Assembly: GCF_006345805.1 (NCBI RefSeq)
Contig: NC_043015.1
Span: 18,538,001 to 18,602,000, forward strand
Reading direction: 5' to 3'
DNA: 64,000 bases
DNA from: Octopus sinensis
Taxonomy: Eukaryota
A program made the translations under genes and the position numbers. Below, piece after piece: positions 38,744 through 51,616 of the stretch. The notes under the pieces are model-generated. The model saw only the letters and a program-made list of their open reading frames with translations. It had not been told where the DNA came from and ran no database searches. The number at the start of each line of letters is the position of its first letter. Position 1 is the stretch's first letter.

Positions 38744-39718
38744 AAGAAGAAGAAGAAGAAGAAGAAGAAGAAGAAGAAGAAGAAAACACAACAAAAGCTA
38801 TAAAGCAAATGAAATCAAAACTAAAACTAGAACAGCAACGGACCATGATAAAGCGATGGCAAGAAAATCCCCTTCATGGTAAGTACTGGACTAAACTAAA
38901 TGCAAAAGAAATAGACAAAGAAAAATCCCAACAATGGTTGAGAAGCTCAGGACTCAAAGCAGAGACAGAGGGATTTTTAATTGCAGCACAAGACCAAAGC
39001 CTACCCACCAGAAATTACTAAAAACACATAATGAAAAGAAATATAACAAGTAACTGCAGAATATGTGGAGATAGACAAGAAACAATAAATCATATTATCT
39101 CTGGCTGCCCAGTCCTGGCTAAGAAGGAATATATTCACAGACACGACGGAGTTGGGAGCTACATACACTGGAAGCTATGCCAACATTATGGAATAACAGC
39201 AGAAAAAATATGGTACAGGCTCACACCAGAAAAGGTCTCAGAAAACGAGAAAGCAACCATACTCTGGGATATGCCAATACACACAGATAGAGAAATTAAG
39301 GCTCACAGACCAGATATAGTTGTCAGAGATCATGAAGAAAAAATGCTTTCTAATTGATGTATCAATACCAGCAGATGACAACGTGTCTCTAAAAGAAATG
39401 GAGAAACTTTCAAGATACAGAGACCTGGAAATAGAGGTCTAGAATGTGGAATATAAAAACAGAAACAATTCCTATCATAGTAGGTGCATTAGGCATGATA
39501 AAAAAAATATTCAGACAAATACATAACAAAAACACCAGGACTTACAAACACATATAACATACAGAAAATTGCACTACTAGGCACTGCACACATCCTACAC
39601 AGAACACTTTCAATACAGTAACCATCAGAGCATCACAACAAATCACAGCACATACCCAAGGCACACAGAGCTGCGCTCAGTAGTGAAGTGAAAGCACGTT
39701 ATAAAAATAAAACTACTG
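38547..39718 (+). mobile_element. 5'-truncated family A LINE with an expanded (GAA)n tract
   Basis: ORFs 38809 and 39031; same 3' UTR as family A; TAA flanks; GAA tract at 38692-38783. Confidence 0.92.
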
Positions 39719-39737
39719 AATGATGATAATAATAATA

Positions 39738-39789
<52 letters not shown>

Positions 39790-39807
39790 GTAATAATAAT
39801 AATAACA

Positions 39808-39866
<59 letters not shown>

Positions 39867-39868
<2 letters not shown>

Positions 39869-40640
39869 ACGAACACGGGACAACAATCAATGTACACTTA
39901 CAAACTGTACCATCCGTGACACAGATTTATGCCAACGGGTTAATGTTGTGTATAGAATACAATGTAACAAATGCAATAAGTTCTATGTGGGTAGCACAAC
40001 AAGGCCTTTACTCGTCCGCATCAAAGAACATCTGAACACGAAAGTTTCCTCCTTCAGAAAACATCTAGACAGATGCCAGAACACCGACAAAGGCATAACA
40101 GTCACAATTGAAGCCAATGAAAAATTTTGGGCAATTTAAGAATTAAGGAAGCTATACTCATACACAGACTAGGGCCCCAAATTAACAACAGGAATACATT
40201 ATTTAGATACATCTGGATGCATGTAGGTTCATTTTTTATAATATGCTCATCTGCAGTTTATAACAAAAAAAAAAGGGAGAAGAGAAAAAAAGAAGGGAAA
40301 AAAGGAAGCTGCACGTATAATACGTAACATAGAAGCAGCGCTACGGATGTACCAGCACACACGAGATTGAGACGTGGCCGACTTCTCACACTTCTCATGA
40401 GGAATTCCGGAAGGAGCATCGTGGGACTACTGCTGAGACGCTTCCAAAAAAAAAAAATAATAAGAAAGCCGTTGGGAAACCGATTATAGCAACAACTCCA
40501 TCTAAGGCTATCTGAAGAAGGAATATTATTCCGAAATATCATATCAAACTATGGATGACTAAATTACAACAGGTATATAGCCCATTGTCTGTATTATAGA
40601 GCATTGTTATACTTTTCAAAACTTTTTATTCTTTACAAAT
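39867..40640 (+). mobile_element. PLE 3' fragment (GIY-YIG) with a pLTR hammerhead
   Basis: CQRVNVVYRIQCNKCNKFYVGSTTRPLLVRIKEH; LRIKEAILI..PQIN. Confidence 0.85.
40507..40545 (+). ncRNA. Minimal type-I hammerhead ribozyme
   Basis: gctat | CTGAAGA a | ggaat-att-attcc | GAAA | ta T C | atatc. Helix I pairs 4 of 5 and helix III is the palindrome ATAT. Confidence 0.7.
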
Positions 40641-40649
40641 AATAATAAT

Positions 40650-40849
40650 GCTTTCTACAGGAGGTACAAGGCCTCAAATTTCGCAGGAGGGGAGTACTCG
40701 ATTATATCGATCTCAGTGTTTTACTGGTACTTAATTTATCGACCTCGAAAGGATGAGAGGCAAAGTCGACCTCGACAGAATTTGAACCTAGCGAAATACC
40801 GCTAAGCATTTTTTCCAACGTGCTACCGATTCTGCCAGATCGCCGCCTT
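40650..40849 (-). mobile_element. SINE family B
   Basis: Family homology; 5' end aaggcggcga.. Confidence 0.8.
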
Positions 40850-40934
40850 AATAATAATAATAATAATGATGATAATGATGATGATGATGATGATAATAAT
40901 AATAATAATGATAATAATGATGATGATGATGATG

Positions 40935-40983
<49 letters not shown>

Positions 40984-41159
40984 CAACAACAACAACAACA
41001 ACAATTGGGTCCCGCTGGCAAAGTCATGCACTGTTTATGTCGTGCACATATGGTTGTGATGCATGTGCCTAGTGTCCCCTTATCAGACGGGTAGTCATAA
41101 TGGGTATGCTGGACTTTCTATATTTTACTCCAGTGTCACTTTGATGGCATGCAGCACTT

Positions 41160-42870
41160 GAAAAAATGATGAACAATTACAGGGTTTACTAGTGATTGTT
41201 AAACAATTCAGTGATGATGTTAGGATGCAGTTTGACCTCGATAACTGTGAAACAGCTACCTTTATCAAAGGAAAAATGACAGAAACATCCAATATTAATT
41301 TTGACCAGCAGTATGTCATAAAGGAGTTAGAACCAGGGCAGAGCTACAAATACCTAGGGGTATTTGAAGGAGACGGAATCAAACATTCAGTGATGAGGGA
41401 AAGGATCAGAAGAGAATTTATCGCAGAGTAAGGGCAATATTCAAGACAGAGCTGAATGCAAGAAACAGGATCGAAGCGTTCAATACTTTAGCCATACCGG
41501 TCGTGACTTACAGTTTCAATATCATTAACTGGTCAATTACCGAAATATGTAATCCTGACAGAAAAATATGAAAATTGTTGATAATGCATAGAATGAACCA
41601 CTCTAAGGCAGATATAGAACGACTTTATCTGCCGAGAAAAGAGAGTGGCCGTAGACTTTTACAACTGGAATTAACGATGAAGATTGCCACAATTGGCCTA
41701 GAAACCTACCTGAAAAACTCTGATGACTGGATGTTAAATCTTGTCTCAAAGCATGAAAACAATATAGCATACTCAGTAACAAAGCAGGCAATGGAATATC
41801 TAAGTGAATTCCAAATACAACAAATTCCAGAATTAGACGTACTAGAAACACGCACAGAAAAAGTTAAGCGTATGAAAACCCGTGCTAAAACTGCTGCCTT
41901 AGATAGTCTTACTGATGGATAGCAAGAAAAATATCTCAATGGCAAATACCCAAAGAGAGCTAATAGTGTCCGTGTTGACAAAGCCCTTACCTATCAATAG
42001 TTTGTGTCTTCTGGCTTAAAATTAGAAACAGAATGGTTTATCATAGCAGCTCAAGATCAATGCCTACCTACAAGGAACTATCAGGCCAACATATTAAAGA
42101 ACGGCAGTAGCCCAACATCTCGTGTATGTAAACAACAAAATGAAACCATTGATCATGTTGTCTCCACGTGCAGTTTTCTTGCGCCTACAGAGTATCTCAA
42201 CAAGCATGATAGAGCAACACAATACATTCACTGGATAATTTGCAAAAATCTGAACCTGCTCCACGATAAAATATGGTGGGAACACAAACCACCTCCAGTG
42301 CTTCAAAATGATCTCATCTCACTCCTCTGGAACTTCACCATTCAAACTGACAGAAAGATAGATGCGAATAGGCTAGACATTATATTGAAAGACTTCACAC
42401 AAAAATCATACTTCCTCATTGATATGACTGTCCCAATCGTCATAAATGTATCTGTTAAGACATACCAAAAACTGAGCAAGTATAAATATCTTGAAATAGA
42501 AATTGAGAAAACGTGGAACCTCAAGACTAAAACAATACCTGTTGTCATAGGTACCCTAGGAATGATAGCAAAAGGGGCTGACTCCTACCGAACTCAGATT
42601 TCAGGAAATCCCCAAATGGCAGAAATTCAATAGATAGTGCTCATGGGATCTGCCCAAATCCTATGTAAAATACTGCCTATGTAATCTCAAATTTTAAAAC
42701 AAACTCATAATTCTCTGTTTTCTTAAACATTCTCTAGAATGCTACGAGCAAAGCCAAATATATGACACCCTAGGCATAACACCAGCATGAACTAACTTGT
42801 TGTCTCTTGAGGTCTCTGGGTGAGACTGGGAGTCAACTGATACAAATACAAAGCAAAAGTCAAATATATA
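41160..42870 (+). mobile_element. 5'-truncated decayed family B LINE
   Basis: Colinear with about 17780-19482 and shares several disabling lesions with it. Confidence 0.9.
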
Positions 42871-42881
42871 ATAATGATAAT

Positions 42882-43131
<250 letters not shown>

Positions 43132-43149
43132 ATAATAATAATAATGAAA

Positions 43150-43460
43150 AATGGTGTAGACAGAAAGTGACGATACTGCAACGATGGGATAGAAACAGTC
43201 GTCGACCACCTAATCTCTGAATGTAAGGCTTTTGCATCTGTAGAGTTCAAATCATGACATGACAGAGTTGGCCAATATCTACACTGGTTAATGTGTCGGC
43301 ATTATAAAATCAAAACTGCTGACAAATGGTACAAGCAGCACCTTGAGGCTGTAACTGATGGAGAAAATGCATCCAATCTTTGGGACTTTCTAGTATGTAC
43401 AGATCGGACAATCAAGGCAAATAAATCAGATATTGTTGTGAAAGACAAAAGCAATAAGGT
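43150..43460 (+). mobile_element. RLE LINE fragment (CCHC to PD region)
   Basis: CRYCNDGIETVDHLISEC..HDRVGQYLHW..TDRTIKANKSDIVVKD. Confidence 0.8.
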
Positions 43461-43462
43461 AT

Positions 43463-43500
<38 letters not shown>

Positions 43501-43509
43501 TACTATTAC

Positions 43510-43900
43510 TTTCTAATTTTGACACAAAGAGTTATCTTGAAGGGAGGGAGGTCAATAACACCGACCTCTGTGCTCAACTAATACTTAATTTATCAACTCT
43601 GGAAGGATGATAGGCAAAATTCAGAACATAAAGAACTGGAAGAAATGTTGTAAAGCGTTTTGTCCGGTGAAGTGACGATTCTACCAACTTGCGGACCTAG
43701 GACTAATAATAACGGATTAAAATTGTGGTGAAGGGTCAGCCATTTCGGTACATTGACTTCATTGTTCAACTGGTACTTCTGTGATCGCCCCCAAAAGGAT
43801 AAAAGAGAAATTCGACCTCAGCGCAATTTGAACTCACAACGTGAAGAGCCGTAAAATATGCTGCTAAGCATATTGTCCGACTTGCTAGCGATTCCACCTA
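43510..43900 (-). mobile_element. Two degenerate SINE family B copies
   Basis: Recognisable acttaatttatc / gacctc.gcg.aatttgaactc / gctaagcat..gtccg blocks. Confidence 0.65.
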
Positions 43901-43926
43901 CTGCAATGACTGATAGTAATTATTAT

Positions 43927-45270
43927 ACTTTCTTTATTGTTCATTTGGGCCTCTGAAACATTTAAAACATTACAAAGACAAAGAGCAATAGGAATTTACA
44001 TTAAGACCTGAAAACAATAAAAACAATAACAGTTGTCAAGAAACTTACAATAGCAAAATTTCCCAGCAGTGAAAAGCACCACCAAGGGTAAACAAGGAAC
44101 TTCAATGATTCTGGGTCATTCCGACTACCAAGATCACCATTGGGAGACACCCTCTTTCATTAATTCTATTCACTCTAGAGATACCAGCTTATAGTAAGCC
44201 CCTCTACTCGGGCTATCCTCGCTACACTATCCACCTCACACTTAACTCGTACCTTTCTTTTCAAACGGAAATTAAAAGGAGTCAATGATGGCTTCGCTGT
44301 TACCGCTTCGTAATGTCTCAGAGCAGTGCTGATCACCAAGATGTGTTTGGTGATTGGCACTATTTAGATGAAATCATCCGCATGTGCTGACACAACTCGT
44401 TTACATCCTAGTTCACGTGGGACGTCCCTCGAAACCTCTAACTTCTACAGTACGCACAGAAGATGTGGCGAGGATAGCCTTGACAGACGGAATGCATGAT
44501 GTTGAACGATTCTGATAGATGGACATCTCCCCTCATTACCGAGTAAATACCACTGTACATAGCAGCGATCCAATTTCTGGAGACGGGTCCGAAATCAGCC
44601 ACTATGAGGACAACCACTAAATATCAATGGTCAATCCTATTCAAAACTTTCACCTGATCTAAATTGGTCTGGGCGCTGTCCATGTCAGGTTCTTTACCCA
44701 CTCTTTGTATGATGTATCGTATGAAGTGGAGGTTGTTGTGGATAGATCTGTTTGGAGTAGAACGTGTCTGTGCCTTATTTACCACAGTATCGACAACATG
44801 CATTAACAACATAGTTAACATCTTGATCAAAATCTTCATTTCTGCATTTAGCTGAGTTACACGCTTAAAGTTGTTGAAATCATTCCCGTTGTTCGGGTCA
44901 TTTCTCAGTAACACCACTACATTTCGTTTGGCCGGATTGGGAATTCTCCCATCCTTCTGTCAGTTGCAGTTGACATCTGCCAAGAAGCCCCCGAATATGT
45001 TTGGTATATGAAAATAATGTCCGTAGGGCAAGCCATCCAACTTTGGAAACTTATCCCTTATGCAGCAGGGCTTCATCATCAGCCTTTCGTTGAACTACAC
45101 TTTCTATCCGAGAGCCGCAACAGATTGTGAGCGTAGGCGTTAAAGTCCACGCCTGGCTCCGAGCTGCACGCGTCCCAAATAGTTGAACGAAGCGCTACGG
45201 TAAAAACTTCGCACATCAGCTTGGAACTGAGTTGTACACGCTCCTCGCAGTCCACCAAAGACCAAATTGT
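43927..45270 (-). mobile_element. L1/Tx1-like LINE fragment with deletions
   Basis: LLRNDPNNG..LNAEMKIL..NRSIHNNLHFIRY..NLDQVKVLNRIDH; 3' AATAAA and ATT tail at about 43930. Confidence 0.85.
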
Positions 45271-45282
45271 GATACTGCTGTT

Positions 45283-45283
<1 letters not shown>

Positions 45284-45378
<95 letters not shown>
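45284..45378. repeat. (TATC)n microsatellite
   Basis: Visible directly. Confidence 0.95.
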
Positions 45379-45379
<1 letters not shown>

Positions 45380-46239
45380 TTTCCTTCTTTCTTTCTTTCA
45401 CTCCTTTATGACGATACAGATTTGCGTGGGTGGAGTTGAATATAAAAAAAAAACTGTTCGATACATTTCTGGCTTTTGTGAAGTTATTATCTGATCTATT
45501 GTATTTGAAGAATGATAGTCATTGAGCAACCGTTGCCTAAATCATATCGTTTCTGATGTGTACGCTTAATTAACGCTATTACACGCCTACAATAGTGCCT
45601 CAGTTAAGCTTTCATTAGTTGCTCCTCCTTTTTACAAGTCCCATCATCACTAAACCACCACCATACACTCACCACATCACCACCAGGAGCGTATAATCAT
45701 TACAATCACCAATATTTCAGCCATCGCCTACTACATCACCACAACACCACCAACACCATCATCGCATAATACGAACATTTCCACTAGGGAAATTACAAGA
45801 GCAGCACTTACCTCAGCCACCATAACCAAATAATCACTACAGTGGTCATTACCAGTCATTACCAGTCCATTATTTTGCTTACATTTTCATGATTATTTTC
45901 CCCAGCTTGCTTGGCGTTACTATCGCTGTTAGTTCCCCAATTTCATTTCATTTCTCATGTTCAACAACGGTTGATACATAATTTGGAGAAAAAAACTTAA
46001 AATTTGAATTAACTTCTTTGATAAAATAAACATTGATCATGAGCTGTCCCAATGAGTTATAACTATACTAAAAGTGTGTTTACAGATCACGCAAAAAACA
46101 AAACAAAATCAATATATGATATTTAGTTTACATTTGAACCTTTACATAATACTTTACATTGAAGATAAAAATGAAGGGTGGGAAAATTCTTAATGAAAAT
46201 AGGATACTGAATATTTTACTTCAACAGGATTCGAACCTG

Positions 46240-47000
46240 CACCCACGATGTGTGCCAGATTTGAGGCAATCTCGATTTTTTTCTTGCTTCTCTTTGTCTC
46301 TCACCCTCTTTCTCTTGTCCCTTTTCCCTTGTTTTATTATGATTTTCTCCCTTTCACTTATGTGCTTTAGGCTTTATATTCCGACACGTACATACACACC
46401 TCTGTTGTCTTGTTCTTCTACGTGTTCTATTAATTGTCTTCTCTTTCAGAGACACAAAAAGAATTTCTTTTTTGCCCATAGTATTATTATTCTAATCTCT
46501 CCTTTCACCTCTAAATTCTCTATCAACAGCATCTCATATGCACACCTTTGCACACACCTCCATCATACCCTTAATTTTTCTCTTACCTTTCCGTTCTCCC
46601 CACAGTCGCATTCATTGTCATCTCACTTCTACGTTTTGCACACAATACGATTACACTTACACACCAACCACCCACATCTCCATTATCTCTCACCGCTACA
46701 TTCTCATACTTGCACACCTCTACACATACACCCCAAGGAACCTTATAACTATCTCAATAAACGGATACACTCCTATACGCGGACCTCAACCTCTCCCATT
46801 CTTATCTCCACAACAAACTGCATTTCCACCTGGCTCCTAAAACCCGTCCGTCTCTTACTTCCAGCCACTTTTTTCTCTTTCACTTCTCTCGTTCACTTTT
46901 CGTTTATATTTTTTCTGATGAAGGACTGAAGGGCTGATGTCCGAAACATCATAACACTTACCCTTCATTTTAAGCGATAAGCTAATACATTTGTTAAATA
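46240..47000 (+). mobile_element. Very old PLE 3' remnant with a pLTR hammerhead
   Basis: A decayed SCSSTCSINCL segment like the xTCxSxNxIYxIxC motif, a pyrimidine-rich 3' region, and a hammerhead fold at its end. Confidence 0.5.
46911..46954 (+). ncRNA. Decayed minimal hammerhead
   Basis: CTGATGA a | ggac-12nt-gtcc | GAAA | ca T C. Helix III is ACAT (ACGT expected) and helix I is poorly paired. Confidence 0.5.
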
Positions 47001-47060
47001 TGTGTTGTTCTCTATCCTTTTCTGTTCTCTGCTTTCATTATATATATATATATTATATAT

Positions 47061-47102
<42 letters not shown>

Positions 47103-47108
47103 ATATTC

Positions 47109-47267
47109 ATATTATATAGAGGGCATTATTACACATAAATGCCACACGCTAGGAGGGACTTTTAAAGTCATAACTACCAAAAATAAACAAATCGTACCGT
47201 AGTTATGACTTTAAAAGTCCCTCCTAGCGTGTGGCATTTATGTGTAATAAAGCCCTCTATATAATAT
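47109..47267. repeat. Fold-back element: 69-bp inverted arms (one mismatch) with a 21-nt loop, in TA context
   Basis: 47109-47177 against 47199-47267. Confidence 0.95.
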
Positions 47268-47372
47268 AAATAAATATTTTCAAGTGAAAAAATTTACAGA
47301 TTTTTTTCTCTTATAAGGTTTTTCACGCTAACTACCTGATAATTTCTTATTAAGATTTTATCCTATTTTTAA

Positions 47373-47441
<69 letters not shown>

Positions 47442-47488
47442 TATATACATATTTATATATAATGAGATAGATTGATAGATAGAGATAG

Positions 47489-47539
<51 letters not shown>

Positions 47540-47609
47540 AAGGGAGAGAGATGAGTGCGGTCCTTGTGAACATGTTCGTGTGCATTACATTAATGCACAC
47601 AGAAATATA

Positions 47610-49450
47610 TATCACAGTATCGATCAGACCATGAACTGCTGTTATACATTGCTGGTCACAATGCGCTTCCACTTCTGTCTTAATTGCGTCATTCTTTTCC
47701 ATCTTGACCGAAATTCCTTAACTAAATCGTCTTTCTGTCGTCGTAGAGGCCATTCCAAGTAGCCTTTTGGATCTCTCGGGTACCACTCAGCAACTGCACG
47801 GAGCCACCTGTTCTCTGTGAACCTTGCCACATGTCCGGCTTAATGGAACTTTTGTTTTCGGTAGTCTGCGATCACGTCGTTCACTCCGCTCCGTTCTCGA
47901 ATTATCACACTCTTCGCCCGTATCAAGCAATGATCACTAGCTGTGTTCAAGGGCGCTACTATTGAGATGTCTTCCAATATATGCCGTTTATCTCCAATAT
48001 GCTCTCGTAATGATATTCCTGACACGAATCTTGCTATGATTCTTGGCAATCTATGTTCTATCTTCGTAGTTGTGCACGTCTCACTTGCAATATAAGACCA
48101 CAGATAGGACGGTGCAATTGAAGAGTCTGGCACGTATGGTATTGTCTAGCTTTTTTTTGAACACATCTCTTATTGCATTAAATGCCATCCATCCTGTTCT
48201 TGTTCTCTTTGAGATTTCAGCATTCATATCGCGGTGCATATTTAATGTGTTCCCTAAGTAGCTGTACTCCTTTATCTTCTCGATTTCACCGCTTCCCACC
48301 TCGATCCGACCTTGTGCTACGTCTTGCGACCGCATATATTTTGTCTCCTTGCAGTTCATTTTAAGATTTACTCAGAGCTTAGCAAAGTTCTGAGTGTCCA
48401 GTTATGTCAGTTGGTCAGCAGCTGGTCTGTGGTTTCAGCGGTGCGTACAATGAATTTGCGAATCGGCGGTGTGTTAGTTGCTTGCCATTTATGTTCATGC
48501 CACCAGTCCAGTCAGTGTCCTTGATCATTTCTAGATACGCAGTAAAAAGCTTTGGAGAGATTATATCTCCTTTTTCGGCACCCTTCTCTGATGGGACCCT
48601 TTCTGGTGGTGATAGCAGAGCTATATCTGTTGTGTTTCTGGAGTTGTTATCTCTGAGCCTTTTTCCCTCGATCACGATCTTTTTCCCTCGATCACGATCT
48701 TAGCCCGTTGCAAACAATGAACACTGCCTATGTTCCAAATATAAGGTCTCCTTGTTACTGCCATGGTAGCCAAACGTTCTCCATTTTTCTTTCTATTTCT
48801 TCATCTAAACTTACCAAGATATTTCTCTCCCTGTCATAGTTTTCCAACTTTTGTATTGGAATCTCCCATCGATATAGTGTAAGTGGCTTTGTGAGATCGC
48901 GCCTTCTCTATTTCTTGGTAGAATTCTTCCACTTCATTGTTTTCGCCCGTATTTGTGGGAGCATAAGTCTGGAGGATCTTCAGGGTGGCATTTCTTGAGG
49001 GAAGAACGTTTAGCACTCCGATGCGTGATAAAGGCAATTAACAAGGAACAGTTCCATACTTACGATGACCCCTATGCCACCTGTTGCTCTCGCACCTTCC
49101 GCTTTTCCCAGTCTGTCAACACTTCCATCAGTTCTTCTCATATATTTCTTTCCTTCGACGTGTTTCACAGAGACTTATCACATCGCATACGATTTTCTTT
49201 TTCTCTTCCATTAGATTGGTCATTCCGTTGTAGGTACACATGGCAAAGATTGTTATCCAATTCCTTGCTGGCCTATGGGTACCTGAGAGTCTTAGCAGCC
49301 TCTGGTCGTTCGGATTTTGTTCGGCCGTCTTGGAGGGTCCGATTGACCTGCAGGATGCTGAGGCCCATTTCCTCGCATTGTTTTAGCTTTTAAGATGAAG
49401 CCACCTCGCTGACTAGGCGGGTAAGCAATTTATTATATTATCTGTCTGGT
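47610..49450 (-). mobile_element. RTE-clade LINE, internally deleted
   Basis: APE LKILQTYAPT..EVEEFY..GDSNTKVG; RT KGDIISPKLFT..NINGKQLTHRRFAN; YSYLG..GWMAF; C-terminal RWLRAVAEWYPRD..GR-like. Confidence 0.9.
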
Positions 49451-50336
49451 AGCTGCACGACCTTTTTGTTGTAAATGTATACATATTATAATTATTTTAG
49501 TTTGTCGTGTTCGTTCTCGTTCTTGTCCTGTACGTTCGTGGCTTTTTGCAACTGGTGCCACCAAGAGGGAATGGTATGAGCGATAACAGTGCAAAACCGT
49601 TATAATCTCTTCAAAGTTGACTGATAAGGAATTAGCTACGAATGTTCTGTTTGTTATGTTTTTGTTAAACCCTTGAAATATTATTTATAAAACGCAACGC
49701 ACTCCTTATATTTTTTTGCTTATATATATCCTTCTTTTAAAAGACTTGGACATTTTGACACATACAAGAAGTGAGAATATATCAAAAGGCGTAAAATAGA
49801 TGCGGGGCAGATAAGCACTCAGACCAGTTCTAAGCCCTAAAAATCCAACACCATGGGAAAAATAGTCCAGTCAAACTAGAGTTGATTATAGAAAGGCACC
49901 GGTCGAGCTCATGGAAGTAGAGATAAAATATAAAATGGACAAGCAGTTGTTTATTGCAAGAAAGCATTTATAAATAATTGACATAAATATGCATGTAAAC
50001 ATAATTAAGCAGAAAGCAGGAAGTTAGTCCAAGGTAGTCCTTCATAAACAGGTGGATATCCAGAGATTTCATAAGCGAAAATACCTTTGAGAAGGAAGAA
50101 AATTCGGAGTCCTTTACAGCTGTTTCAGGGATGCGGCGACAACTAGATGCAGTAATATGCATTATGCATACATAAATATGTACTAAATTGGAGTCAACAA
50201 AGTATAAAATAAGTCAATTACAATATAATTGGGTTACCTCCACCCCTTCATCTGAAGGAATAATATAGCAGTTGAAGATATTGTATGTATACATGTATGT
50301 ATATCTATCTATCTATATCAATATATATATATATAT

Positions 50337-50615
50337 CGTGAAGTATATTTGCCACCTGAACGTGGCTAACTCTTAAGGGTCGATGCTACTGTAGCTTGTA
50401 GCCCCAGGAAGACATCTCCTCCAGCTGGCTATTGGCACACTATCTGTGCCCTATCAGTATTTGCAAAGGGAAATCATCGTTCCCATCTCCACCCTGACAT
50501 GATACACACGGACCCAAGTTTCTGGATGTTGACCCATCATCAGCGTGTGACAACCACCGGTTGGCGATAGGAAGTGGTTCTCAATGTAAATATATATACT
50601 TTTCCCAGTGACACA
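50337..50615 (-). mobile_element. ~280-bp ORF-less structured element containing an intact hammerhead (retrozyme-like or solo pLTR)
   Basis: GC-richer island between (TA)n and (CA)n; extra hairpins ggcac-agata-gtgcc and gccac-gttcag-gtggc. Confidence 0.55.
50505..50549 (-). ncRNA. Type-I hammerhead ribozyme with an intact core
   Basis: Minus strand: cacacg | CTGATGA | tgggt-caac-atcca | GAAA | c-ttgg-g T C | cgtgtg. Helix I is 6 bp, helix II is 5 bp and the triplet is GUC. Predicted cleavage is between plus-strand positions 50511 and 50510. Confidence 0.85.
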
Positions 50616-51402
50616 CACACACATACACACACACACACACACACACATAAAGGATGGAGAAAAGTGGGGTGCATAAACATTTCGATAGTTAATATAATGA
50701 TAAAGGCTAAGAAGAAAAAGCGGGAGATAGTAAGAGGAAAATTATATAGAAGAACGAGAAAGGCTAGAAAGAACGAAGAAGAGAGTGACAGGTCAGCTTA
50801 GGTCAGGTCTGGCTGTCGTATCTGCTCGGGTCGTCTCTCAAATCACAATAAGTCGACATTGCAAAGCATATCACAAGCCTCGCTACAACGATCTGTTGTA
50901 GGGACGAATATCAAAGAGAAATAATTAAGGATGTGACAAAGAAAAATACAAAAATAAGTCATATGCTGCGTGAACATCGACCTTAATGTCTGGCTACATG
51001 AATGCCTTTTAGTCATTCAAGCGAGTTTCGTAAGTCAAAAAAAAGAAAAGAAAGATAAAAGTGAGAGTTAAAGAAAGAATGCTAGGGAGATATAAGAAGA
51101 TGCTACAAATATAACACTATGTAATTGTACATTCTTTAATAAGAAATACAAGTTTAAGGGACGTATATATAGATGTAAATAATTAAAGTGAATGAGATAA
51201 AACCAAGTTAACGGAGAATTCAAATATATCCTCATAGGGATAGACCAAGCTCGAACAAGTATGGGGGTAAGACGAGAGCAAGACGAGGGTAAGAGCTATG
51301 ATAAAAGACCATTTAAAAAAAATCGGTGCCTGCAAGAGACGATCGCGTCTCACTGTCGGTTCAAAGGATAGTAACAATTCTCTCTTAATATCTCGATAAG
51401 CT

Positions 51403-51616
51403 AAGGCGGCAAGATGGAAGGATCGTTAGAACGTCGGATAAAATGCTTAGCGACATTTCGTCCGTCTTTACGTTCTGAGTTCAAATTCCGCCGTGGTAGA
51501 CTTTGCTTTTCATAATTTCGGGATCGATAAATTAAATACCAGTTGAGTTCTGCGGTTGATGTAATCGACTCACCCACTCCCCTGAAATTGCTGGCCTTGT
51601 ACCAAAATTTGAAACC
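51403..51616 (+). mobile_element. SINE family B, full length
   Basis: aaggcggc..atcgttag..gagttcaaattccgcc..gactttgc..gataaattaa.tacca. Confidence 0.85.

Noticed and set aside
46159-46929. 256-aa ORF as a host gene
   Set aside because: Low-complexity L/S/F/H composition over a decayed PLE remnant, with no domain or splice support.
48661-48700. 20-bp tandem duplication in the RTE
   Set aside because: An ordinary small slippage event in a dead copy.
49395-49435. HDV-like ribozyme motif (gccacctcgctgactaggcggg) near the RTE 5' end
   Set aside because: It is on the strand opposite the RTE, P3 is incomplete, and I found no P1 or P2 partners.
49615-49650. ctgataagg.. as a hammerhead
   Set aside because: The core is mismatched and no helices can be built.
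49980-50262. Minus-strand micro-exon (14 nt) and 58-nt exon
   Set aside because: The splice-like signals could be chance in AT-rich DNA, and the direct join gives an early stop.
50350-50440. Twister-like reading of ggctaactct..
   Set aside because: The P2 partner and the conserved 3' GAGGG-type segment are absent.
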